Assembly: GCA_044226485.1 (NCBI GenBank)
Contig: JBGAGY010000006.1
Coordinates: 253,941 to 317,940, forward strand
Direction: 5' to 3'
From: Anaerolineales bacterium
GTDB taxonomy: Bacteria; Chloroflexota; Anaerolineae; Anaerolineales; UBA6663
DNA length: 64,000 bases
Shown: positions 16,813 to 27,615 of the stretch, one piece after another
Numbering within the stretch: position 1 is the stretch's first letter
How the letters are laid out: every line of letters begins with the position of its first letter
Notes under the pieces: model-generated
Told to the model about the DNA's origin: nothing
The model's input: only the letters and a program-made list of their open reading frames with translations
The model's database searches: none
Position numbers and translations under genes: made by a program

Positions 16813-17328
16813 ATGACCGACCTGTTCAAGAAAATCACTGACTCGCGCGGCTTGCTCGAAAACCTGGTTTCCAAGATCCCTGGCTTTTCGGGTTACATGA
16901 ACAAAGAGGCGCGGCGAGAGTCCGATCGGTTGCTCCGCAACACGATCGCGAACCGCTACGGCGAGCAGCTTGGCCGCGTCCGCGATATGCAGACGCAGCT
17001 GCTGACTGGCGCTGGCATCGAGTACGTCGACGACCTGCAGGATGCCGCGCAGCGGCTGACCCGTTTCATCGACATGGTCAAGACCGCGGCGATGGGCTAC
17101 GGCGGGCTCTTTGACGCCGTGAAGGTCGAAGAGAAGCAGCTCGAGCAGCTGTACGCCTTCGACTACACCCTGCTCGACAACGTCAGCAAGGTGGCCGCCG
17201 CCGTCGACACGATCGAAGCCGGCCTGAGCGACACGAGCGGTCTGCCGGCCGCGATTCGCACGCTGGTCAAGACCGTGGCCGAGTGCAATGACACCTACGA
17301 ACGGCGCAAGGAAGTGCTCTTGAGCTGA
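16813..17328 (+). CDS. 171-aa hypothetical helical protein, first gene of a two-gene module with the SPFH-HTH protein
   Basis: ATG at 16813 with AGGAG 7 nt upstream. No recognisable family. 52 bp before the next gene. Confidence 0.6.
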   Translation: MTDLFKKITDSRGLLENLVSKIPGFSGYMNKEARRESDRLLRNTIANRYGEQLGRVRDMQTQLLTGAGIEYVDDLQDAAQRLTRFIDMVKTAAMGYGGLFDAVKVEEKQLEQLYAFDYTLLDNVSKVAAAVDTIEAGLSDTSGLPAAIRTLVKTVAECNDTYERRKEVLLS

Positions 17329-17380
17329 GCTCGAGCCGGCCGACTAATTCATCTCGCGAAAAGTTCACAGGACGAACGAC

Positions 17381-18478
17381 ATGTTCAAAAATCCTTCCGG
17401 CCGCATTTTCGACATCATCGAATACGCCAGCATGGGGCCGAACGAAATCGTGCGGCGTCTGCCCGAGGGCGGCAACGGCAACTTCCGCATTGGCTCGCAG
17501 GTCCGCGTGTACGAAGGCCAGGCCGCTGTCTTCTTCCGCGACGGCAAGGCCCTCGACGTCTTTGGCCCCGGCCAGCACACGATCACGACAGCCAACATCC
17601 CGTACCTCGTCGACCTGATCGGCAAGCTTTTCAACGACCGCTCGCCGTTTGCGGCCGACGTCGTCTTCGTCAACACCCGTGAGTTCCCGGACATGGGTTG
17701 GGGCACGTCGCAGCCGATCCTCGTCCGCAACCCCGGCATGGGCCTCGGCGTCGCGCTGCTCAAGGCGCACGGCACCTACGCCTTCCAGATCACGAACCCG
17801 CAGCAGTTCGTGTCGCAGGTCGTCGGCGCGGCCGGCGCGTTCAAGACCGAGCAGATCCAGACCCGGTTCCGCTCCATCCTGCTCTCCAAGCTGCAGGACC
17901 TGATCGCCGAGCTCGGCACCAAGGGCGGCAAGTCGGTGCCCGAGATGATCGCCCTGACCGATGAGATCGGTTCGGGTCTGCTGGCGAAGTGCCAGGAAGA
18001 CTTCAAGGCCGTCGGTGTCACGCTCAAGCAGGTCTATGCCCAGAGCATTTCGCCCGACGAACGCGGCGCCGAGCAACTGCGCGCGATGGGCATGCTCGAC
18101 ATGGCCACGTACACGCAGCTGCAGGCGGCTGACGCGATGCGTGACGCTGCCAAGAACCCCTCGGGCGGTGCCGGCCTGACCGCCGGTATCGGCGCGGGTA
18201 TGGGCATCGGCCAGGTGCTGGGCGGCGCCTTGCAGCAGGGCATGGCCAACACCGCCGGCTCGTCAATCCCGGCCGCCGGCGCGGCCGCTGGGGCTGCGGC
18301 GGGCGCCGCCGCAGCGGCAACGCCCGACGTCATGTCGCCGGCCCAGGCCGCTGCGTACCTTCAGGTGGCCGAGGCCGACGTGATGCAGATGATCACGGGC
18401 GGGCAGTTGAAGGCCAAGCAGATCGGCAGCCAGTACCGCATCTCGAAGTCGGCGCTCGACGACTTCCTCAAGAGCTGA
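17381..18478 (+). CDS. SPFH/Band-7 (Band_7_1, 'virion core protein'-like) domain protein fused via a Gly/Ala-rich linker to a C-terminal excisionase/MerR-type HTH DNA-binding domain
   Basis: MFKNPSGRIFDIIEY..., typical of the Band_7_1 N-terminus. Low-complexity GAGLTAGIGAGMGIG...AAGAAAGAAAGAAAAA linker. C-terminal MSPAQAAAYLQVAEADVMQMITGGQLKAKQIGSQYRISKSALDDFL matches excisionase-family HTH_17. Confidence 0.7.
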   Translation: MFKNPSGRIFDIIEYASMGPNEIVRRLPEGGNGNFRIGSQVRVYEGQAAVFFRDGKALDVFGPGQHTITTANIPYLVDLIGKLFNDRSPFAADVVFVNTREFPDMGWGTSQPILVRNPGMGLGVALLKAHGTYAFQITNPQQFVSQVVGAAGAFKTEQIQTRFRSILLSKLQDLIAELGTKGGKSVPEMIALTDEIGSGLLAKCQEDFKAVGVTLKQVYAQSISPDERGAEQLRAMGMLDMATYTQLQAADAMRDAAKNPSGGAGLTAGIGAGMGIGQVLGGALQQGMANTAGSSIPAAGAAAGAAAGAAAAATPDVMSPAQAAAYLQVAEADVMQMITGGQLKAKQIGSQYRISKSALDDFLKS

Positions 18479-18501
18479 CGCTCTCGAGTTCGACGCAACC
18501 C

Positions 18502-18537
18502 AAAAGGGGCGGCGACCAATCGGTCGCCGCCCCTTTT
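18502..18537. terminator. bidirectional intrinsic terminator between convergent genes
   Basis: AAAA + 12-bp perfect stem ggggcggcgacc/ggtcgccgcccc + TTTT. Confidence 0.7.
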
Positions 18538-18553
18538 GCATATCGATCGGGCG

Positions 18554-21073
18554 TCAGGGTTGAATGACCGTCTGGAACGCGCCGGCCGTCAGATCCAGAT
18601 GCACGAGCCCGGCGCCGATCTGCAGCCACAGCCCCTCGCCGTCCTGCAAAAGGCGAATGGGGTGGCTCAGCGTGAACTGCGCGGCAATCGGCATCTGCGC
18701 CAGTGACCGGGTGGAACCGTCGGATAGCGTGATCTGCTCAGCCCTCAACCGCGAGGCGCCGCCCGCCTCGGTACCGACGGCATAGGTCAGCATCAGGACT
18801 TGCCCCGTGGATTCAGGGATCACATCCACATAGGTCCCGCCGTCATTGAGGCTGTAACTGTCAGCCGCCCACAGAAGCTGGCTCTTTCCGAGGTCGATCG
18901 TCCAGATCGGTTTGGCGGTGACAGGATCGACCAGCCACAGCTCGCTGGTGGGTGTGCCCACCTCGCGCGTGTGCACCACCATGAGGCCGGCCTCACCCGC
19001 TGCAATCGCATGATAGGTCACATCGGTATCGGCCAGCACGGTCCGCGGGTTGCCCAGATCGTGATCGAAAGCCAGGACGGCGCCTTGAAAGTCGATGAAC
19101 ACGGCGTCAGGGCCGACGATCAGGGGCCAGGGGTCAAGCCCGCCGTTGTCCGACACACCCGCTGTGCGCCACTGACCCGCTGGAGCCGTCAGGTCGCCGC
19201 GCGCGACACACGTGCCGAAGAACCCGAAGGTCAAGTACAGGTCACGGCCGTCTTCGCCCAGAGCAAACTCCGCGTTGCGTGAGACGTCGTCGGGCAGCGA
19301 CCCGGCGTTGCACGTCATGGAGGCCCGTTCGGCATTGCCCGACGCGGGATCGACGAAGACGATCGCGCTGGGCTTGTCCTGGGGCTCATCGATGACGACG
19401 ACGCGATCGCCGAGCAGGTCGAAGCCGTAGAAGTCGTTGCCGAGATTAAGCGACCAGGCGATCTCGCCCGTATTTGAGTCGAAGGCGGTGAGCTTGCGGT
19501 CCAGCGTCGCCACCACGATCCGTTGGCCGACGACGGCCACGCAATGCGGCCTCAGACAGGTGGTCACGACGTCGCTCAGGGTGGCGCGCCAGATCGCCTC
19601 GCCCGTTCCACCCTCGAGGACCGTCAGTTCGCTGTCGTTGATCAGGGCAAGCAGCCCATCGCCTGCGGCGAGGTATTGGCTGTTCGAGTACGCGCCGGCG
19701 TCTCGGCTCCACAGCACACTGCGTTCCTTGAGGTCGATGGCCACGACTGAAGCCGTCGAGGCGGCATACGGATAACCGAGGGTGTACGCGCTTCCGCTCT
19801 GCGCGTCCACGACTGTCTTTCCCGTGATGCGAAAGCCCTCCAAATCGCCCCCGTTGAGCGCCGCGACGGTGGGGGAGGACGCCGGCAGCGGGGTCGGACG
19901 CGGTGTGCGAGTGGCTTCAGGCAAAGCCGTCGGTGTGGACGTCACGAGCGCCACAGCGGTGGCTGTGGCGGGTCGCGGCGTGAGCGTCGAAGTGGGACCG
20001 AAGGTCCGACTGACCAGTAGACCGCCGAGGCCGAGAGCGACGAAGCCAAACACGCCAAGCGCCACAAGCGCCGCGCACCCGATGATCCACCAGACCGCGG
20101 TGTTCGATGCCGCGCGCCCGGGGTTGCTGACCGGTTCCGCGACCACCCGAGTGGCGATCACGGGAGGCTCGGTCGGCGCATCCGGGCTTGAGACGCCCGG
20201 CAACGGCACGGTCGGCGCGTTCTCGGAGGGAGAGAGTGACTCGCCGAAACCGCGTTCACTGGGGCGGGTCTGCAGCGAAGCAGCCAGTGCCGCATGCAGA
20301 TGGCTGGCGGTGGCGAAACGATCGCGCGGGTCTTTGGCCATGGCGCGACAAAGCACAGCATCGGCCTGCTCAGGCAAATCGGGGCGCGCCTCACGCAGAT
20401 GGGGCGGGGCCTCCATGACGTGCTTGAGCGCCAGGGCGATCGGCGTGTCCGCCTCATACGGCACGCGCCCGGCAAGCATCTGATAGGCCACCACGCCCAG
20501 GGCGTAAAGATCGGCGCGCCCGTCGATGTCCTTGGCACCCTTGGCCTGTTCGGGGCTCATGTAGGCGGGCGTGCCATACACGGCGGTGGCACTCAAGTTG
20601 ACATCGGCGTTGGCGATCTTGGCCAGGCCGAAGTCGGCGACGTAGGCGTTTTCGTCGCGGTCGAAGAGGATGTTGGCGGGTTTCAGATCGCGGTGGACGA
20701 TGCCGGCCCGATGCGCTTGATCGAGCGCGGGCGCCAGTTGACCGACGATCCGGAGCGTTTCGGATAGCGGCAGCGGGCCGAGTTTGAGGCGATCGGCCAG
20801 GCTTCCTCCGGGCATGTAGCGCATGACCAGATAGGGCTGGCCATCGTCCTCGCCGAAATCGTGAACGGGCACGATCGCGGGGTGTTCGAGCGTGGCGATG
20901 GTCTGCGCTTCGCGAAGAAAGCGGGCCTTGAAGCCCGCGTCATGCAACAACTCGCGCGGCAGCACCTTGATGGCGACATCGCGGTTGAAATTGGGATCGC
21001 GAGCGCGATAGACGACGGCCATGCCGCCGCGCCCGATCTCGCTCAGAATCTGATAGCGACCGATCTGGTTCAT
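18554..21073 (-). CDS. Ser/Thr protein kinase with one TM helix and an extracellular PQQ-repeat beta-propeller domain
   Basis: Hanks kinase motifs GRGGMAVVY, VAIK, HRDLKPANIL, DFGLAK, SPEQ. Pro/Thr-rich linker, TM helix VWWIIGCAALVALGVFGF, then C-terminal repeats with W-containing propeller blades. Confidence 0.9.
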   Translation of the reverse strand: MNQIGRYQILSEIGRGGMAVVYRARDPNFNRDVAIKVLPRELLHDAGFKARFLREAQTIATLEHPAIVPVHDFGEDDGQPYLVMRYMPGGSLADRLKLGPLPLSETLRIVGQLAPALDQAHRAGIVHRDLKPANILFDRDENAYVADFGLAKIANADVNLSATAVYGTPAYMSPEQAKGAKDIDGRADLYALGVVAYQMLAGRVPYEADTPIALALKHVMEAPPHLREARPDLPEQADAVLCRAMAKDPRDRFATASHLHAALAASLQTRPSERGFGESLSPSENAPTVPLPGVSSPDAPTEPPVIATRVVAEPVSNPGRAASNTAVWWIIGCAALVALGVFGFVALGLGGLLVSRTFGPTSTLTPRPATATAVALVTSTPTALPEATRTPRPTPLPASSPTVAALNGGDLEGFRITGKTVVDAQSGSAYTLGYPYAASTASVVAIDLKERSVLWSRDAGAYSNSQYLAAGDGLLALINDSELTVLEGGTGEAIWRATLSDVVTTCLRPHCVAVVGQRIVVATLDRKLTAFDSNTGEIAWSLNLGNDFYGFDLLGDRVVVIDEPQDKPSAIVFVDPASGNAERASMTCNAGSLPDDVSRNAEFALGEDGRDLYLTFGFFGTCVARGDLTAPAGQWRTAGVSDNGGLDPWPLIVGPDAVFIDFQGAVLAFDHDLGNPRTVLADTDVTYHAIAAGEAGLMVVHTREVGTPTSELWLVDPVTAKPIWTIDLGKSQLLWAADSYSLNDGGTYVDVIPESTGQVLMLTYAVGTEAGGASRLRAEQITLSDGSTRSLAQMPIAAQFTLSHPIRLLQDGEGLWLQIGAGLVHLDLTAGAFQTVIQP

Positions 21074-21138
21074 GCTCGCCCCGCCACACTATCCATTGGC
21101 TGCAGCGACAAAACGCGCCTGTAGTCCGCCTGAAACGC

Positions 21139-22329
21139 TCAGCGACTCAGGGCCCGCAGCTGACGCAGATGCACCTGATCGTGATCCAGCACCACTTGCA
21201 GCAATTCCTTGAGAGACGTCCTGCCAAACAGAGCGTGACGGGCTGTGCGTTCATAGGCCTCAGGGGCCAGGCCGCGCAACCTGTCGATCAACGCTCGACG
21301 CGCTTTCACAAAACCATCCAGCGCGGCCCGCCCATCCGCCTGCGCATAGCCACGCTCGCCCGCCCACTGATCGGTATCGACTCCGGCGATAAAGGGATTG
21401 GCCTGAGTCAACACGGCTTCGACCCGCTGTGCGTTCACTTCGACCTCGACATCCCGCAGGTGCGCGGCGATCTCGTTGGCGGACCAGGCGTCCGACGCCG
21501 GTCGGTCGGACCACGTGTCCGATCGATCTTCGAGAGCAGCGAACTCGGCCCACAGACGCGCGAGGTTGCCCGTCAACAGGTCGGGCAGGGCGGTGGCGGG
21601 TGAGGGAGCCGGCGTGAGTGAGTCGAGACATTCGCGCGCCCAGCGCCCAAAGACCTCGAGCGGCCCCTGGCCGACGACGAGCGTTCCCGCAGGCGGCTCG
21701 GCCAGACGATCGTCGGTGATCCACCAACACGGCATCCCGAGCGACGACGCCGGGGCGATATCGTCGCTGGGATCGTTGCCGATCATCAGGGCTTCATCGG
21801 GCCGCAGGCCCAGGTCGGCCAGGATCTCGGAGAAATAAGCGGGGTTCGGCTTGGCGAAGTGCCAGTCCTCGAGGACTGTGACGCGTTCGAGCGCAAGATC
21901 ACGCACACCGGCCCACGCCAACCGGGCTTCGATCGCGGCTCGCGGGAACAAGGCGTTTGTGGCGATGACGATCCGATAGCCTGAGGCGATGGCCCACTCG
22001 AGCACACCGCGCGCTTCGGGACGTTGGGCCGTCAGCGGCTGCAGCGCGTGAAAACCTTTGGCGTAGAAGGCGGCGTAGCGCTCGCGCCACTCGACCTCCG
22101 GGCGGCCGACCTGCGGCGTGAAGGCTTCAGCGAAGATGCTGTCGAGCGTCCTAGTCGGGTCCTGATTGTTGAGCATGGACGCCACGGAGCGCTGGGTCGC
22201 CGACACAACGACTTTGGGGTCAAGTTCCGGATATTGCCGCGCGAGCTGGCCGAAGTACGGGGGCAAAAACGACTCCATGCTGTTGACCAGCAGGGTGTCG
22301 TCGAGGTCGAACAACAGGGCTTTGATCAT
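21139..22329 (-). CDS. HAD-superfamily hydrolase fused to a DinB/YfiT-like (DinB_2) C-terminal domain
   Basis: HAD motif I LLFDLDDTLL near the N-terminus (start set at MIKALLFD). C-terminal ~170 aa with the conserved His pattern of the DinB_2 four-helix bundle. Confidence 0.65.
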   Translation of the reverse strand: MIKALLFDLDDTLLVNSMESFLPPYFGQLARQYPELDPKVVVSATQRSVASMLNNQDPTRTLDSIFAEAFTPQVGRPEVEWRERYAAFYAKGFHALQPLTAQRPEARGVLEWAIASGYRIVIATNALFPRAAIEARLAWAGVRDLALERVTVLEDWHFAKPNPAYFSEILADLGLRPDEALMIGNDPSDDIAPASSLGMPCWWITDDRLAEPPAGTLVVGQGPLEVFGRWARECLDSLTPAPSPATALPDLLTGNLARLWAEFAALEDRSDTWSDRPASDAWSANEIAAHLRDVEVEVNAQRVEAVLTQANPFIAGVDTDQWAGERGYAQADGRAALDGFVKARRALIDRLRGLAPEAYERTARHALFGRTSLKELLQVVLDHDQVHLRQLRALSR

Positions 22330-22406
22330 GGCGTGCTTCAGTATGTGCGGATGGGGGTGGCCAGGCCACGACTCGTCTGGCACGGTCGCTCAAACAACCA
22401 CTCGCA

Positions 22407-22745
22407 TCATCCATTATCCAGAGCGTCTTCGAACACCTTCAGGTCATGGCATTGGCCACACCCAACATGCGGGTTTTCGACAGCGCCGCCGGATTTGCGG
22501 CATATGGCCGACGCCACGATCTTGCGACCGAGGCCCAGCCAGGTCTTGACGACCTGCGCTTCGACCATCAGGTGCGGGCAGGCGTTGGCGCGTTCGATTT
22601 TCGGCACCGGGCAATCGCGACACAGTCCGGGCGTCCACGGCTCACTCTGCGGATGGCGGGCGATCAGACGGCATTCCTCGACGTGTCGACCACGGAAGTA
22701 ATCGCCGTGAAAGTGTTGGCATTCGAAGCCGGCAGGCGTCTTCAT
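22407..22745 (-). CDS. small Cys-rich (8 Cys, two CxxC) putative metal-binding protein
   Basis: C9, C25, C42-x2-C45, C56, C81, C96-x2-C99. The overlapping plus-strand ORFs look like random translation. Confidence 0.4.
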   Translation of the reverse strand: MKTPAGFECQHFHGDYFRGRHVEECRLIARHPQSEPWTPGLCRDCPVPKIERANACPHLMVEAQVVKTWLGLGRKIVASAICRKSGGAVENPHVGCGQCHDLKVFEDALDNG

Positions 22746-22832
22746 ACGCGCATTGTAACGCGGCCGCTGTTAGAAACTTCTCAACGCACGAGCCGAGAAC
22801 CGGTTCTTACACGCTTCTCATGGTATAGGACG

Positions 22833-22864
22833 AAAAAGAGCGCGGCGTGTGAGTCGCCGCGCTC
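22833..22864 (-). terminator. intrinsic terminator of efp
   Basis: 10-bp stem gagcgcggcg/cgccgcgctc with a 7-nt loop, followed on the minus strand by TTTTT. 24 nt 3' of the efp stop. Confidence 0.7.
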
Positions 22865-22887
22865 TTCATTGTTCGTGATCCAACCCC

Positions 22888-23445
22888 TCAGGCGCGCGTG
22901 ACGTAAGCGCCGGTCTCGGTGTTGACGCGGATGGTGTCGCCGACATTGATGAACAGCGGGACCATCACCTTGAGGCCGGTCTCCAGCGTGACAGGTTTGT
23001 TGGCGCCGGTGGCGGTGTCGCCGCGCACGCCGGGTTCGCCGTCGACCACCTTGAGGTCGACGTTGGCCGGCAACTCGACGTCGAGCGGAGCGCCTTCGTA
23101 GAACGTCACTTTGACGTCGAGGTTCTCGCGCAGGTAGTCGGTGTGCTCGCCGAGCTGGGTCGCGCTGATCGGCGTCTGCTCGAACGACGAGTTATCCATG
23201 AAGTAGTAGAAGTCGCCGTCGTTGTACAGGTACTGTGCCGAGCGGGTCTCGAGGCGGATGTCCTGCACCCGGTCGCCCGAGGTGAAGGTCTTGTCGGTGA
23301 TGGAGCCCGAGCGGAGGTTGTAGAGCTTGGTGCGGATGGTGGCATTGCCGCGGCCCGGTTTGTGGTGGCTGTATTCCAACACCCGGTAGAGGTTGCCGTC
23401 CATGGTAAAGGTGACCCCTTTGCGGAGGTCGTTGACGTCGATCAT
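22888..23445 (-). CDS. efp: translation elongation factor P
   Basis: Full-length colinear similarity to EF-P (YLYNDGDFYYFMD, GEPGVRGDTATGANKP, MVPLFINVGD). Loop KPGRGNA has Arg at the position of E. coli Lys34. Confidence 0.95.
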   Translation of the reverse strand: MIDVNDLRKGVTFTMDGNLYRVLEYSHHKPGRGNATIRTKLYNLRSGSITDKTFTSGDRVQDIRLETRSAQYLYNDGDFYYFMDNSSFEQTPISATQLGEHTDYLRENLDVKVTFYEGAPLDVELPANVDLKVVDGEPGVRGDTATGANKPVTLETGLKVMVPLFINVGDTIRVNTETGAYVTRA

Positions 23446-23522
23446 GCGCGTGCCTGTCCTTCGTTACAAAACGGTTCCGGTGCAGCAAACGGCGCAGGCG
23501 ATTGCCTGCGCCGCGGCACGCT

Positions 23523-23552
23523 ATTATAGCCGGGTGCCCGGCCCGGCGTCAA
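23523..23552 (-). promoter_or_regulatory. putative sigma-70 promoter of efp (TTGACG - 18 nt - TATAAT)
   Basis: The minus strand reads ttgacgccgggccgggcacccggctataat about 75 nt upstream of the efp ATG. Confidence 0.45.
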
Positions 23553-23664
23553 CGGATCCGGCCTGCGGGCCTGCGTCTGCCCCGCATCGAAGGGCCTTTC
23601 AATCGCAAAATGCACGATTCTGCGCAAAAAAAGCGCTCACCCTACGCGTATACTCCGGAGCCTG

Positions 23665-24564
23665 ATGAACACCCCTTTGCCTCCATCTCCCCGCCGTGAG
23701 CGTCGCTGGCCTCGACGAGCCCTGATTGCCGTCGTCGTGGTGCTGGTCGCGGCTTTGGCCGCCTTCGGTTGGCTGGGCCAGCGGATGGCTTACGGCTATC
23801 TGCACCCCCGGCGCGTCTTGCCCTCGTCGAGCCCGGCCGCCTTCGGCATCGACTATCAGGACGTGACGCTCACGACCAGCGACGGCGTGTCGCTGGCGGC
23901 CTGGTACACGCCACCCCAGAACGGCATCGTGGTCCTCGCCGCTCATGGTCATGCCTCAGCCCGGCTCGCCGACGTGCACGCCATGTTCGCGTCGCACGGC
24001 TACGGCGTCCTCTCGTGGGACTTCCGTGCTCATGGTGCCAGCGGCGGGGAGTTCACGAGCCTCGGCTACTACGAACAGCGCGATGTCGCGGCCGCCTTCG
24101 ACTACGCCCGCGCTCAACCCGACGTGGCACACGTGGCCATCTGGGGCCAAAGCATGGGCGCTGCCACGGCGATCCTTGCAGCGGCCGAACAGCCGGCCAT
24201 CGAGGCCGTCATCGCCGACTCGGCCTACACCTCGCTCTCCGAAACCATCGACACCGCCGTGCCCATCGCGATCCTGCGCCCGTTCATCCGGCCCTTCGCT
24301 GAGGCCGAGGCCGGCGTAAGCGCGGACACCGTCCGCCCGATCGACGCAGTCGCGCGGCTGGCGCCAAGGCCTGTCTTCCTGATCGACAACGAGCTCGATG
24401 ACGTCGTGCCGCCACATTCAGGCCAACGCCTCTACGACGCCGCCGGCGATCCGAAGGTGTACTGGCTCATTCGGGGTGCGGGCCACGTCGGCGGCCGTTT
24501 GCTCGAACCCGACGAATACGAGACTCGCGTGCTTGAGTTCTTGCGGGCGACGTTTGAGCGTTGA
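23665..24564 (+). CDS. alpha/beta hydrolase with N-terminal membrane anchor
   Basis: N-terminal TM helix (ALIAVVVVLVAALAAFGW), GQSMG nucleophile elbow, HGHAS oxyanion region. Confidence 0.75.
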   Translation: MNTPLPPSPRRERRWPRRALIAVVVVLVAALAAFGWLGQRMAYGYLHPRRVLPSSSPAAFGIDYQDVTLTTSDGVSLAAWYTPPQNGIVVLAAHGHASARLADVHAMFASHGYGVLSWDFRAHGASGGEFTSLGYYEQRDVAAAFDYARAQPDVAHVAIWGQSMGAATAILAAAEQPAIEAVIADSAYTSLSETIDTAVPIAILRPFIRPFAEAEAGVSADTVRPIDAVARLAPRPVFLIDNELDDVVPPHSGQRLYDAAGDPKVYWLIRGAGHVGGRLLEPDEYETRVLEFLRATFER

Positions 24565-24582
24565 ACGCAGGGGAGGAAGCTT

Positions 24583-24615
24583 GGAGGAGGGAGGCGATTT
24601 TCGCGCCTCCCTCTT

Positions 24616-24616
<1 letters not shown>
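24583..24616. terminator. bidirectional terminator hairpin between convergent hydrolase and dinG-like genes
   Basis: ggaggagggaggcg ... cgcctccctcttct stem with an attttc loop. Confidence 0.5.
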
Positions 24617-27429
<2,813 letters not shown>

Positions 27430-27514
27430 ATGTTCGGGGAGTATAGCAGACCATGGTATACTCCCCTTTGTGCCCTGGTAAACGTAAGCGAAACACTCGA
27501 CTTAACGAGATGAA

Positions 27515-27565
27515 AGAGGCGGGGAGCGCGGCTCAAGCGGCTCAACTCCCCGCCTCTCTCTTTTG
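27515..27565 (+). terminator. terminator-like hairpin plus T-tract in the 5' leader of the lipoprotein gene (possible attenuator or sRNA 3' end)
   Basis: 12-bp stem agaggcggggag/ctccccgcctct enclosing a loop with direct repeat gcggctcaa x2, followed by ctcttttg. No upstream plus-strand gene for it to terminate. Confidence 0.35.
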
Positions 27566-27615
27566 TATGGAGCTTAGCGAGGAATCAGCGTGGCTCGCCA
27601 CGTTCGTGTTAGCCT

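Noticed and set aside
16583-16874. Mirror-image ORFs 16583..16801(+) and 16593..16874(-), and the N-terminal extension of the NUDIX ORF to 16704
   Set aside because: They are generated by translating through the perfect palindrome. The peptide sequences are near-mirror copies (…SGHSRFL… on both strands), so these are artefacts.
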